This document shows, piece by piece, positions 18,300 to 28,743 of a DNA stretch of 64,000 nucleotides (position 1 is the stretch's first letter; each line of letters opens with the position of its first letter). The notes under the pieces were generated by a model. It was not told the origin of the DNA, searched no databases, and was given only the letters and a program-made list of their open reading frames with translations. Origin of the DNA: an uncultured Mycoplasmatota bacterium (GTDB lineage Bacteria > Bacillota_I > Bacilli_A > RF39 > UBA660); the NCBI GenBank assembly GCA_947570175.1, contig CANOTJ010000003.1:24083-88082 (forward strand), in the 5' to 3' direction. A program made the translations under genes and the position numbers.

Positions 18300-18681
18300 T
18301 AGCATCAAAATTGGTGATCTCGAAAAAGTAATTGATGAAGAACTAACGATATATTGTGATGAAATTACAAAAAAAGTTAAACAAATAAGTGATGATGTAA
18401 TGAAAGATTTAGTTAAAAATACAAAAAAAGATGCCAATAAAAGGACAGGTACTTATGCTAAAGCAATTACATCTAAAAGAACAAAAGAAACAAAAAGGTC
18501 AAGAGAAAACACTTGGTACGTAAAAGATCCAGAATATCGTAAATCTCATTTACTAGAGAAAGGCCATGCCACAAGAAATGGTGGAAGAACTCGAGCTTTT
18601 CCTTTTATTAGTAAGAATGAACAAATAGCAGTTAAAGATTATGAAAATAAAGTAGAGGAGGCAATTAAAAATGGATCTTAA
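18292..18681 (+). CDS. HK97 gp10-like neck protein
   Basis: RTGTYAK...HLLEKGHA...GGRT. Confidence 0.85.
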   Translation: MANSIKIGDLEKVIDEELTIYCDEITKKVKQISDDVMKDLVKNTKKDANKRTGTYAKAITSKRTKETKRSRENTWYVKDPEYRKSHLLEKGHATRNGGRTRAFPFISKNEQIAVKDYENKVEEAIKNGS

Positions 18682-19018
18682 GGAAATTTTAAAAAAAGGT
18701 ACTAATCTACCTACTACAGAAAATCATTTTATAAAACCTCCTAAACTTCCTTATTTAATTTTTAATCAAGATAAAGATGTTAGAGGAGTTTCAAAAGAAA
18801 ATCTTATTATTGATAGCGATGTTTCTATAGAACTCTATACATCTAAAATAGATCAAGAATTAGAAAAGAAAGTAAAAGAAGTCATTATAGATGACATATT
18901 AAGTGTTTCTAATAACGATGATGAAATAGAAATTAGTCAAAATAGGGAGTATATAGAATCTGAACAGATGTATATGACTACTTTTGATTTTAATTTAATA
19001 GAAAAAGGAGGAATTTAG
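18671..19018 (+). CDS. Tail completion/terminator protein
   Basis: PPKLPYL, IELYT; position. Confidence 0.7.
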   Translation: MDLKEILKKGTNLPTTENHFIKPPKLPYLIFNQDKDVRGVSKENLIIDSDVSIELYTSKIDQELEKKVKEVIIDDILSVSNNDDEIEISQNREYIESEQMYMTTFDFNLIEKGGI

Positions 19019-19020
19019 TC

Positions 19021-19602
19021 ATGGGTAAAAGAACAAAAGAAACAATTACTTTAGGAAGTGGTAAATTATATTCTGTTGAATATACAGGAACAATTCCAAG
19101 TAACGAAGATTTAGAAAAACAAGATAATATTCTAGGTTATATCCAAAAAGGAGCATCTTTAGATTATAAACCAGAATTTTATGAAGCAGAAGATGATTTA
19201 GGAATTGTTAAAAAGCAAATTTTAACAAAAGAAGAGGTTACATTTAAGAGTGGAATTTTAACTTGGAATGCTGAAACCTTAAAGAAATTAGTAGCAACAG
19301 GAAGAATTACAGAAGATTCTGAAAAAGGTATGAGGACTATCAAAATTGGTGGTATTAATAATAATGATGGTAAACAATATATCTTCCATTTTGTTCATGA
19401 AGATAAGAAAGATGGAAATGTAAGAATCACTATCGTTGGACAAAATACTGCTGGATTCTCATTAGCATTTGCCAAAGATGCTGAAACAGTAATTGATGCT
19501 GAAATTAAAGCACTTCCAAATGATAATGATGGTACTTTAATTATATTCCAAGAAGAATATACACCATCAGATGATAATGAAAATACTGATCAAACAGTTT
19601 AA
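19021..19602 (+). CDS. Major tail protein
   Basis: ITLGSGKLY, LGYIQKGASLDYKP; position. Confidence 0.8.
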   Translation: MGKRTKETITLGSGKLYSVEYTGTIPSNEDLEKQDNILGYIQKGASLDYKPEFYEAEDDLGIVKKQILTKEEVTFKSGILTWNAETLKKLVATGRITEDSEKGMRTIKIGGINNNDGKQYIFHFVHEDKKDGNVRITIVGQNTAGFSLAFAKDAETVIDAEIKALPNDNDGTLIIFQEEYTPSDDNENTDQTV

Positions 19603-19628
19603 TTAAGAAAGTAAGGGAGGAATGAAAT

Positions 19629-19940
19629 ATGTTTGATATGACACAGTACATACCTAGATATTTTAAAACAAAACTAAAGAATGGGAAAATTTTAGATGTG
19701 GAACCACCAAAATTAAAAGTTCTTAAAAAAATTCTAAAATTGAGTAATATAAAAGATGATATGTCAGAGAAGGATTTTGATAATATCATTCTTGCTACAT
19801 CTATGGCTTTAAGTAAAAATAAACAAAATTATCAAGTAACAACAGAGTGGTTAGAAGAAAATCACAATATAGATGAATTACAAGATTTATTGATAAATTA
19901 TTTTAACTGGGTCGATGAAATAGAAAACTCAAAAAACTAA
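19629..19940 (+). CDS. Tail assembly chaperone (G)
   Basis: Between MTP and TMP; ends at A-AAA-AAC slippery site. Confidence 0.8.
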   Translation: MFDMTQYIPRYFKTKLKNGKILDVEPPKLKVLKKILKLSNIKDDMSEKDFDNIILATSMALSKNKQNYQVTTEWLEENHNIDELQDLLINYFNWVDEIENSKN

Positions 19941-20212
19941 TTGCCCCATATTATCCTAACAAGGATGATGAAGATGTGGGGTACAAATTAGTTAGTCATA
20001 GAGAAAAAATGATATCTAAATATTGCGGTATCTCTATTTTAGATGTCGAGGATCTAGATTTAGTAGAGTATTTCTTTTATTATAGGGAAGCTGTTATTTA
20101 TAATTGTATGCAAACAGAAGATGGAATCGAATATTTGCAAAATGCTCATAGATTGCAACAAACCGAACCAGATAGAAAGAAATTAAGAGAAAAATATCAT
20201 AAAAATTCATAA
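19931..20212 (+). CDS. Tail assembly chaperone extension (T), reached by -1 frameshift
   Basis: -1 frame open from 19931 through ORF 19976-20212. Confidence 0.75.
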   Translation, partial: KKLIAPYYPNKDDEDVGYKLVSHREKMISKYCGISILDVEDLDLVEYFFYYREAVIYNCMQTEDGIEYLQNAHRLQQTEPDRKKLREKYHKNS

Positions 20213-20260
20213 GAGTGGGCGAACTCTTCTTTTTTTGACAAAAAAGGGAGAGGGTGAAAC

Positions 20261-23248
20261 ATGGCACAAAAAATCAAAGGTATAACTATTGAAATTGGTG
20301 GAGATACAACAAAACTTGATAAGGCTTTAGGCGAGGTAAATAGTAAAACAAAACAATTACAATCCGAATTGAAAGGTGTTAATAGTCTTTTAAAAATGGA
20401 TCCTAAAAATGTCACATTACTAAAACAAAAACAGGATTTGTTGAATCAAAGTATTTCTAACACAAGAGAAAAATTAAATACATTAAAAACCGCCCAAATT
20501 CAAGTTCAGGAGCAATTTGATAAGGGTCAAATTACAGAAGAACAATATCGAGATTTTCAGAGAGAAATTATTGCAACAGAAAATAAGTTAAAGTCATTAA
20601 CTAAAGAATTGAAAAATTTTGGATCTGTTGGAGCACAACAAATAGCAATTGCAGGTCAAAAGATGCAAGATGTTGGAGGTAAAATAGAATCAGTAGGAAA
20701 AAAGGTATCAATTGCAAGTGTTGGTACTACTGCAGCATTAACTGCAATTTCAAAAAGCGCTATTGATTTTGAAACTGCATTCACAGGTGTTACTAAAACA
20801 GTTGATGGAACTGATAAACAGTTAGAAGAAATAAAACAAGGTCTTTTGGATTTATCAAAGACAACTGCAAGTAGTTCAACTGAAATCGCAGCAGTCGCAG
20901 AGGCTGCAGGACAATTAGGTGTAAAAACCGAAAATATTTTATCATTCACTGAAACTATGGTTAGATTAGGCGATTCAACAAATATGTCTGCAGATGAAGC
21001 CGCAACTGCAATCGCTCAATTATATAACATCATGGGGGCTGATATAAATACAGTAGATCGATTTGGTGCTGCTATTGTTGCTTTAGGGAATAATGCAGCT
21101 ACAACTGAATCAGATATAGTTAATATGGCCTCAAGAATAGCATCATCAGGATCACAAGTTGGTTTAACTGAACAAGAGATATTAGCATTATCTACAACAT
21201 TAGCAAGTGTTGGTTTAGAAGCGGAAGGTGGAGGTTCTGCTATTTCTGCCGTTATAACTAAAATAGATAAAGATGTTGCTTTAAATACTGATAGTTTGAA
21301 AACATGGGCAAACGTTTCTAATATGTCTGTAACAGATTTTAAAAACTTATGGGAAACTGATGCAATGTCTGCTATTCAAAAAGTAGTTGGTGGAATGGGT
21401 GATGCTAAAGCAGGCGGTGAAAATTTAAATGTTATTTTAGATGAACTTGGTGTAAGTTCATTAAGACAAACTGATACAATGAAAAGATTATCTAGTGCAT
21501 CAGGATTAATGTCAAATATGGTAAACATAAGTAATAGTGCATGGAAAGATAATTCTGCATTAACCATTGAATCATCAAAGCGATACGAAACAACTGCTGC
21601 GAAGATCACTCAAATGAAAAATACAATTACTGAATTATGCGTTAAATTAGGCGAAATATTATTACCAATCATTCAACGAGTTGTTGCGGCAATATCCAGT
21701 TTTTCTAATTGGCTTACTAATTTAAATCCAGCAGCTCAAAAGGTTGTAGTAACAGTATTAGCCATTGTATCCGCCCTCGGCCCATTTATTATAATTTTAG
21801 CTAAATTAATTACATCTTTTGGTACTATAATGACTATTGTTCCAAAGATTGTATCTATAATTAAAACAGTTAAACTAGCTTTTGTTGCATTCAATGCAGT
21901 ATTAATGGCAAATCCAATTATTTTAATAGTTGCTGCAATAGCAGCACTAATTGCAGGATTTGTTCTTTTATGGAATAAATGCGAATGGTTTAGAAATTTC
22001 TGGATCAATCTTTGGGAAAATATTAAAAATGTGTGTAAAAAAGTTATTGATGGAATAGTTAATTTTTTTACAGGTATTATAGATTTTTTTAAAAATAATT
22101 GGCAATCGTTATTATTATTTATAGCGAATCCATTTGCTGGAGCATTTAAACTACTTTATGATAACTGTGAGGGATTTAGAAATTTTATTGATGGTATTAT
22201 TCAAAAAATAAAAAATATTTTTTCTAGTATTGTTTCATTTATTAATACTAATGTTATTGAACCAATTAAAAAATTCTTTGAACCTCTTATAGCTTGGTTT
22301 ACCAATCTTTTTACAAGTATTTATAATAGTTTAGCGAGTATTATAAATGTAATCTGGGGTATTTTACAAGGATTATGGGAAATGATTGTTACCTTATTTA
22401 CTACTGCTATAAATTGGATAAATGAAAATGTAATTACACCAATTAAGACAGCTTTTACAACAGCAATAGATACAATCAAAAATGCAATTCAAAGTGCTTG
22501 GGAATTTATAAAAAATGTATTTATTACTATTGCAACATGGTTAAATGATAATGTATTAACACCAATTATGACATTGTTAAGTACAATATGGTTGTGGATT
22601 CAGGAGAATATTATTACTCCGATTCAAAATATATTCACTTCTGTATGGACAACTTTGGTAACTGGTGCTAGTAATGCATGGGAAGGTATTAAAAATATAT
22701 TTTCATCAGTAGCTACATTTTTTGGTAATATTTTCTCTAGTGCATGGCAAAAAGTAAGAGAGGTATTCGCAACAGGTGGAAGAATTTTTGAAGGAATAAA
22801 AGATTCGATTGCTAGTGTATTTACAACTGTTGTTAATAAAATAATAGGTGGAATTAATACAGTAGTCGCCGTTCCTTTTAACGCAATAAATAAAGCATTA
22901 AATAAAATTAGGAATATATCATTTTTAGATATTTCACCATTTAAAGATAAATGGGGGGAAAATCCATTAAAAGTTCCTAAAATACCATTATTAAGAACAG
23001 GAGGATCTATTATTGGCGATGGTGAAGCGATTATGGCAGAAGCTGGTAGTCCAGAAATGATTACAATGATGAATGGTAAAGCAATCGTAAGACCATTGAC
23101 TAGCACTGATCGTAAACAAGTAGTATCTAATACAAATAATAGTGGTAATAATACATTCAATTTCTATTCACCAGAGGCATTAACACCTAGTGAATGTGTA
23201 AGAAATATGAGAAAAGAAGTACAATATCAAAAATTGATTCATGGATAG
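20261..23248 (+). CDS. Tape measure protein
   Basis: IKGITIEIGGDTTKL start, TP901-type core, periodic W/F repeats. Confidence 0.95.
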   Translation: MAQKIKGITIEIGGDTTKLDKALGEVNSKTKQLQSELKGVNSLLKMDPKNVTLLKQKQDLLNQSISNTREKLNTLKTAQIQVQEQFDKGQITEEQYRDFQREIIATENKLKSLTKELKNFGSVGAQQIAIAGQKMQDVGGKIESVGKKVSIASVGTTAALTAISKSAIDFETAFTGVTKTVDGTDKQLEEIKQGLLDLSKTTASSSTEIAAVAEAAGQLGVKTENILSFTETMVRLGDSTNMSADEAATAIAQLYNIMGADINTVDRFGAAIVALGNNAATTESDIVNMASRIASSGSQVGLTEQEILALSTTLASVGLEAEGGGSAISAVITKIDKDVALNTDSLKTWANVSNMSVTDFKNLWETDAMSAIQKVVGGMGDAKAGGENLNVILDELGVSSLRQTDTMKRLSSASGLMSNMVNISNSAWKDNSALTIESSKRYETTAAKITQMKNTITELCVKLGEILLPIIQRVVAAISSFSNWLTNLNPAAQKVVVTVLAIVSALGPFIIILAKLITSFGTIMTIVPKIVSIIKTVKLAFVAFNAVLMANPIILIVAAIAALIAGFVLLWNKCEWFRNFWINLWENIKNVCKKVIDGIVNFFTGIIDFFKNNWQSLLLFIANPFAGAFKLLYDNCEGFRNFIDGIIQKIKNIFSSIVSFINTNVIEPIKKFFEPLIAWFTNLFTSIYNSLASIINVIWGILQGLWEMIVTLFTTAINWINENVITPIKTAFTTAIDTIKNAIQSAWEFIKNVFITIATWLNDNVLTPIMTLLSTIWLWIQENIITPIQNIFTSVWTTLVTGASNAWEGIKNIFSSVATFFGNIFSSAWQKVREVFATGGRIFEGIKDSIASVFTTVVNKIIGGINTVVAVPFNAINKALNKIRNISFLDISPFKDKWGENPLKVPKIPLLRTGGSIIGDGEAIMAEAGSPEMITMMNGKAIVRPLTSTDRKQVVSNTNNSGNNTFNFYSPEALTPSECVRNMRKEVQYQKLIHG

Positions 23249-23259
23249 GAGGAAAATAT

Positions 23260-24120
23260 ATGCAAAAAAAATTAGTATGTGAATCACATTTACATGAAAA
23301 AATAATTTTTACTTATGATTTTCCTTTTTATCTAGAAAAGGTTGAGGGACTTCATGAGGTAATAGGCACAGTTACTGGAATAAAAAGTGCCTATGCAATT
23401 GGGGAAAACTATATAGATACAGGTATTGAAAAAAGAAATATCGTTATAAGTGGAATCATAAAAGATGATTTTATTAATAATAGGCAAAAACTTTATCGCA
23501 TATTTCCTTTAAAAACAACTGGAACGCTTTATTATTATGAAGATGATCTAGAAAGAAAAATCAATTATAAAGTAGAAAGTATTAAGATAAATGAAAAAGG
23601 ATACCCTAAAGTTTTTCAAATATCTTTAATATGCCCTACACCATATTTTACTGATATAGAAAAGACAACTTTGCAAATGGCCACTTGGTCACCTGCTTTT
23701 AAGTTTCCTCTTAAAATTCCACAATCAACTGGAATAAAGTTTGGCATCAAAAATAAAACTTCGATGGTATCTATAATGAATTCAACTAATATTGAATTTG
23801 GAATGACAATCACATTTACTGCAAATGATGTAGTAGTGAACCCATCTTTATTTAATGTTGATACAAGGGAAGAAATGAAAATAGAAAAAACTATGCAGGC
23901 AGGCGATAAGATTTTGGTACATACATATAGACAGAATAAAAATATTATTTATATTTCTGCTAGTTCTGAACAAGAGGAAAATATAAATAATCTAATGGTC
24001 TATGGAAGTAAGTTTTTACAAATACATCATGGTGAAAATACATATCGTTATAATGCTGATGAAAATGTAGATAGCTTGGAAACTGTAATAGAATATTTAA
24101 CAGAATATGAGGCAGTATAA
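23260..24120 (+). CDS. Distal tail (Dit) protein
   Basis: Follows TMP; FQISLICPTPYF; AGGAGG RBS. Confidence 0.8.
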   Translation: MQKKLVCESHLHEKIIFTYDFPFYLEKVEGLHEVIGTVTGIKSAYAIGENYIDTGIEKRNIVISGIIKDDFINNRQKLYRIFPLKTTGTLYYYEDDLERKINYKVESIKINEKGYPKVFQISLICPTPYFTDIEKTTLQMATWSPAFKFPLKIPQSTGIKFGIKNKTSMVSIMNSTNIEFGMTITFTANDVVVNPSLFNVDTREEMKIEKTMQAGDKILVHTYRQNKNIIYISASSEQEENINNLMVYGSKFLQIHHGENTYRYNADENVDSLETVIEYLTEYEAV

Positions 24121-25166
24121 TGATTCCAAAATTTGATATTTATGTGTATGATAAAAATTTAAATTTTATAGGTATTATAGATTTCTTTAGTTCTTTAAGA
24201 TGGCGAAGAAAATACTATGATTATGGTGAATTTGAATTACATATACCGATTGATGATCAAACTAAAAAGTTTCTAGCAAAAGATAATATAATTATTCGAG
24301 AAGATGCTATTGAAGCAGGAATTATTGAAAGTATTAAAATATCCGATGACAGTAAAAAGGTAGAGGCAACTGTTATTGGAAGATTTCTATCAAGCATATT
24401 AACAAGAAGAATTGTCAAAAAACGAATTAATTTTAGTGGAAAAATATTAGATGGTGAAAGAAAGTTATTATCTGAAATGACACCATTTTCTAAATTAGAA
24501 ATAAGATCTACAACAATAGAATCAAGTTCTATTGTTTTTCAGTGTACTTATAAAAATGTTGGTGATTATTTACTCAAACTTTCTAAAACATCTACCATTG
24601 CTCACAGAATTGTACCAGATCTACAACAAAAAAAGTTTATATATGAAAATTATCAAGGATTAGATCGTACAGAAACACAGTCATTAAATCCTAGATATGA
24701 GTTTAGTGAGGACAAAGGGAATATAGAAAAAGCAGATTATACTTACGATTCAAAATCAGAGAAAAATTATGCTTTAGTCGGTGGTCAAGGCGAGGGTGAT
24801 GCAAGAATATTAGTGGAGGTAAACAGTGGTGATTATAGTGATCTAGATTTAAGAGAAACTTTCGTTGATGCAAAATCAGAAAGTAATAGCAATTTAACTG
24901 CAGAACAATACAAAGAAATATTAAAAACAAAAGGTAAAGAGAATTTATCTGATTCTGTGGAATCTATGGAAGTTACCGCTTATGCAACAGATTATAAAAA
25001 TGGTTGGGATTTAGGCGATATAGTAAATACAAAAAAAGAGAGTTGGGGAAAATCTTTAAAAAAACGAATTGTAGAAATTGAAGAAACTATCGAAAATTCA
25101 AATCAAAAGATATATGCAACTTTTGGAGATCCTTTGGCAGAAACATTCTCTGAAAAAGAAGATTAG
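24120..25166 (+). CDS. Baseplate hub (ReqiPepy6 Gp37-like)
   Basis: SLRWRRKYYDYGEFEL, GGQGEG, RETFVDA, WDLGDIV. Confidence 0.8.
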   Translation: MIPKFDIYVYDKNLNFIGIIDFFSSLRWRRKYYDYGEFELHIPIDDQTKKFLAKDNIIIREDAIEAGIIESIKISDDSKKVEATVIGRFLSSILTRRIVKKRINFSGKILDGERKLLSEMTPFSKLEIRSTTIESSSIVFQCTYKNVGDYLLKLSKTSTIAHRIVPDLQQKKFIYENYQGLDRTETQSLNPRYEFSEDKGNIEKADYTYDSKSEKNYALVGGQGEGDARILVEVNSGDYSDLDLRETFVDAKSESNSNLTAEQYKEILKTKGKENLSDSVESMEVTAYATDYKNGWDLGDIVNTKKESWGKSLKKRIVEIEETIENSNQKIYATFGDPLAETFSEKED

Positions 25167-25181
25167 AAAAAGGAGGAAATT

Positions 25182-26258
25182 ATGGAAAAATGTACATTTT
25201 TTAATGACGTTGATGATGATAGAATTTATTTTGCAGAAGATTTAGCAAGACATTTAGCTGCATATTTTACGAACGGAATATTTAATAACAGTTGTCAAGT
25301 TTTAGGAGAAAATAACGATATGTCCATTAGTATAAATATAGGATCTGCTAATATTAATGGTTATAGATATGATAATGATACTATTAAAATATTAAATATA
25401 GAAAATGCTGATGGCATATTAAGTAGGGTAGACAATATTGTTATTCGTTTGGATTTAACAAATCGAATGATAACATCACAGGTAATTAAAGGTTCTTTTT
25501 CAGAAAATCCAGTAGCGCCTCCTTTGGTAAGGACAGCTACTGTTTTTGATTTAAGAATCGCTAAAATAAGTATTCCTGCAGGAACAACAACGATAACTCA
25601 GGATTTAATTACTGATACGAGATTTATTACTTCTGATTGCGGTAATGTAGTAGGAGCAGTTCAACAAATAAATACAGATGATATATTTGCGCAATATCAA
25701 TCAAAATTCAATGAATGGTTTTTAAAAATGAAAGATCAATTAGATACAGATGCAGCTGGTAATCTCCAAAGTCAAATTGATGATATCGAAGAAGAAATAA
25801 AGAACTTTAATGGTGGAGTTACTGGAGATACATTGCCAATAGGAAGTATTGTTGACTATGATGGCGATACTGTACCTGCAAATTGGGAAAAGGTGGAAGA
25901 TGAAAATATTTATTCAACTGCAGAACAAGAAATAGGAGAATGGTTTGGTAAAAAACTTTATAGAAAAACATTAGTTACAGAAAGAATAACAGCAGCTAAA
26001 TTAATAGATGTTCCTATTGCTAATATTGATATGTTTTGGATAGATGCAAGTGGTACTTATATGGTTGTTGAAGTTGGAGGAGTAAAACAAACAACACCTA
26101 TGCCTATGTACAAAGATTCTGCTCTTTGGACATCATTGAGACCAAATATTACTTCTAAAAATATTGAATTGAGTGTTGGCACAGGTGCTTATTGTCATGG
26201 TGTTTGTTATATAACAATACTTTATACAAAAACAACAGATGAGGTGGTGCAAAAATGA
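25182..26258 (+). CDS. Baseplate/tail fibre protein
   Basis: RVDNIVIRLD, ITDTR..CG, DTLPIGSI, C-terminal YST..YTKTTD domain. Confidence 0.75.
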   Translation: MEKCTFFNDVDDDRIYFAEDLARHLAAYFTNGIFNNSCQVLGENNDMSISINIGSANINGYRYDNDTIKILNIENADGILSRVDNIVIRLDLTNRMITSQVIKGSFSENPVAPPLVRTATVFDLRIAKISIPAGTTTITQDLITDTRFITSDCGNVVGAVQQINTDDIFAQYQSKFNEWFLKMKDQLDTDAAGNLQSQIDDIEEEIKNFNGGVTGDTLPIGSIVDYDGDTVPANWEKVEDENIYSTAEQEIGEWFGKKLYRKTLVTERITAAKLIDVPIANIDMFWIDASGTYMVVEVGGVKQTTPMPMYKDSALWTSLRPNITSKNIELSVGTGAYCHGVCYITILYTKTTDEVVQK

Positions 26259-26710
26259 GAATAAGAAAAATAGCGAACAGTATAGGGTTAGTAGGAAATA
26301 TATTTAATAAAAAAAGTGATAGTACAGAAGATAGCTATAGTTGTGATTATGTTAATAAAGCAATTCAAGACATTTACTCAACAGAAGAAATAAAAACTAA
26401 TAAAGTATGGATAAACGGCAAACCAATTTATAGAAAAGTCATTGATAGAGGTAATAGAATAGCTAGTGAGTTATTTGATCATAACATTCCAAATGTTGAT
26501 GACATCTGGATAAATAATGACATGACATTTAGAGTTCATGCTACTGGTAATCATGTACCTTTAAATGCTAGTGGAGCGCAAACTTATGTATATGCGAATA
26601 AAACACAAGTTACTACTACAAATAGTGGTGCCATTTCTGCCGAAAAAATTTATATTACTTTAGAATACACAAAAACAACAGATAAAGCAACAACAGATAA
26701 AGGAGCGTAA
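26255..26710 (+). CDS. Tail-tip accessory protein, paralogous to C-terminus of upstream gene
   Basis: YSTEE...WINGKPIYRK...LEYTKTTD. Confidence 0.65.
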   Translation: MRIRKIANSIGLVGNIFNKKSDSTEDSYSCDYVNKAIQDIYSTEEIKTNKVWINGKPIYRKVIDRGNRIASELFDHNIPNVDDIWINNDMTFRVHATGNHVPLNASGAQTYVYANKTQVTTTNSGAISAEKIYITLEYTKTTDKATTDKGA

Positions 26711-26713
26711 TGT

Positions 26714-26992
26714 ATGGAAAAAATAATAAATTCAATACCTCAAATAGCAACACTAATCACAAGTATGGGAATTGTACTAGGAGTAATAAAAAAATGGTTA
26801 ATAGGGCCATTAGAGTTGTCTTGCATAAAGACAGATTTAGTTAATTTTATAAATGATGTTGAAAATGGATTTGATAAATCAGAAATACAAAAATTAAATG
26901 CTCATGAATTATATGATAGATATACACAACTCGGAGGGAATTCTTATGTTCATGAACATTGGGAGAAATTAAAGGAAGAAGGTAAGATTTAA
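26714..26992 (+). CDS. Holin-associated phage protein
   Basis: N-terminal TM; LYDRYTQLGGNSYV motif. Confidence 0.7.
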   Translation: MEKIINSIPQIATLITSMGIVLGVIKKWLIGPLELSCIKTDLVNFINDVENGFDKSEIQKLNAHELYDRYTQLGGNSYVHEHWEKLKEEGKI

Positions 26993-26993
26993 A

Positions 26994-27200
26994 ATGAATA
27001 ATAAATTATATGATATTTTAAAATGGATTGCTATTATTGGTTTATCAGGATTAGGTTTTTTAGTTAATGGTCTTGGTGAGATATGGAAAATACCATTTAC
27101 TAATGAAATAGTTAAATCAATTGATGTTGTTGGTACTGCTTTAGGTATTTGGCTTAGTATATCAGCAGCTAGTTATAATAAGAAAAAAGGAGGAAAATAA
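26994..27200 (+). CDS. Holin (Dp-1-like)
   Basis: NKLYDILKWIA start, two TMs, basic C-terminus. Confidence 0.85.
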   Translation: MNNKLYDILKWIAIIGLSGLGFLVNGLGEIWKIPFTNEIVKSIDVVGTALGIWLSISAASYNKKKGGK

Positions 27201-27201
27201 T

Positions 27202-27348
27202 ATGAATATTGAAGAAGTAAAATTCGATGAAGAATTATATAAGAAAAATATTGAAGAAAATGAATTTGCTAATATTTCTGGTAAAGAAGACGGAGTTGGT
27301 GAAGAATTAGATGTTGATTCCATAGAAGTAGAAATGGAGGACGAATAA
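27202..27348 (+). CDS. 48-aa very acidic protein (not in ORF track)
   Basis: AGGAGG RBS; fills holin-lysin gap. Confidence 0.65.
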   Translation: MNIEEVKFDEELYKKNIEENEFANISGKEDGVGEELDVDSIEVEMEDE

Positions 27349-27350
27349 TT

Positions 27351-28193
27351 ATGCAAATAACTAAATTAATTTGTCCTACAAGTAAATATGCTATTAAGTG
27401 TCCTTTTCTAATGACACCAGAAGGTATAACAGTACATAATACAGCAAATGATGCTAGTGCTATGGCTGAAGCATCATATATGTTAGGAAATAATAATCAA
27501 GTATCTGTTCATTCATTTGTTGATGATACAAGAGTTGTTGAAGCTATTGAACAATATAGGAATGCTTGGGCTAATGGTGATGGTGTAAATGGTTTTGGTA
27601 ATAGAAAAACTATATCTGTAGAAATTTGTTATTCTAAATCAGGAGGAGAAAGATTTGATAAGGCTGAAAATTTGGCAGCGGAATATATTGCAAGTTTACT
27701 TAAAAAATATGGTTGGGGAATTGACAAAGTAAAAAAACATCAAGATTGGAATGGTAAATATTGTCCTCATCGTACATTAGATTTAGGATGGCAAAGATTT
27801 TTAAATAAAGTACAATCATATTTAGGAACAACATCTGCTCCAGTAAATAATTCAAAAGGTGGTGCAGATCAAATATTAAGAGTTGGTAGTATAGTTAGAA
27901 TAGATAAAACATTAACTGTAACAGGTGTAAATGCTAAAAGTAATTTAATAGCTATTCAAGAGCTAACAGGAACACCAACATCTTCTATCCATTGGTTTGA
28001 TCCTACTAACTTTGATGTAGTAGAAGGACCAAAAAAAGCTCAACAAGTTTGTACTGTAGGATGCAAAGTTAAATTAAAAGGTAATTACAAGGTATTAGGT
28101 TTAGTTAAAACCGAAGATTGGGCATGTAAGTTAAAAATAGGAAATAGAACTAATTGGGTATGGACTAATCCATGTTATGAAGTTCAAGACTAA
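27351..28193 (+). CDS. Endolysin, N-acetylmuramoyl-L-alanine amidase (Amidase_2, XlyA-like)
   Basis: ITVHNTAN, SVEICY, KHQDWNGKYCP. Confidence 0.93.
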   Translation: MQITKLICPTSKYAIKCPFLMTPEGITVHNTANDASAMAEASYMLGNNNQVSVHSFVDDTRVVEAIEQYRNAWANGDGVNGFGNRKTISVEICYSKSGGERFDKAENLAAEYIASLLKKYGWGIDKVKKHQDWNGKYCPHRTLDLGWQRFLNKVQSYLGTTSAPVNNSKGGADQILRVGSIVRIDKTLTVTGVNAKSNLIAIQELTGTPTSSIHWFDPTNFDVVEGPKKAQQVCTVGCKVKLKGNYKVLGLVKTEDWACKLKIGNRTNWVWTNPCYEVQD

Positions 28194-28195
28194 TA

Positions 28196-28226
28196 AAGCT
28201 AGGATTGAATTCCTAGCTCTTTTTTT
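28196..28226 (+). terminator. Intrinsic terminator after lysin
   Basis: AGCTAGGA-ttgaat-TCCTAGCT plus T-run. Confidence 0.85.
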
Positions 28227-28227
28227 G

Positions 28228-28256
28228 TTGCTTTTTGTCTATTTTTATCATATAAT
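28228..28256 (+). promoter_or_regulatory. SigA promoter of PemK-like moron
   Basis: TTGCTT-17 bp-TATAAT. Confidence 0.75.
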
Positions 28257-28307
28257 TTTGTTTGGGACAAGCAGTATTAGTCTTTAATGTAGAAAGAGGG
28301 TGATACT

Positions 28308-28703
28308 GTGAATGGTTTGAAAATTAGACCAGGAGGAATCTATTTAGTTAATTTAGGAAGAACTAAAAGTCCTGAACTAAATTCGCCTCATTATTGTGTA
28401 ATTCTAAAAACACATGACAGAGATTTATTTCTTGCTCTGCCAACAACGAGTAAATCAAAAGAAGACGAATTCAAATTTATTATACCTGAAGATAATTCAA
28501 CGTGCTTGTTTAAACATATGAAAACTATAGCAAGAAGTAGAATTATAAAACCATTAATTGATTATGATGGAAATCAAGTAATTCTATCGCCAGATAATCT
28601 TGCTGATTTGATAAGAGATTATAAAGATTATATAGAATTTTTATGCAATAAAGCTATACAAGGAAATATCGATTATACAAACAGTTTACAAGTATTAAAT
28701 TAG
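28308..28703 (+). CDS. PemK/MazF-family toxin-like protein
   Basis: RPGGIYLVNLG...ELNSPHYCVIL...ALPTTSK...KTIARSRI. Confidence 0.75.
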   Translation: MNGLKIRPGGIYLVNLGRTKSPELNSPHYCVILKTHDRDLFLALPTTSKSKEDEFKFIIPEDNSTCLFKHMKTIARSRIIKPLIDYDGNQVILSPDNLADLIRDYKDYIEFLCNKAIQGNIDYTNSLQVLN

Positions 28704-28743
28704 TCGATTTGCATTATTTGGAAAAATGTGGTAGTATACAAGT

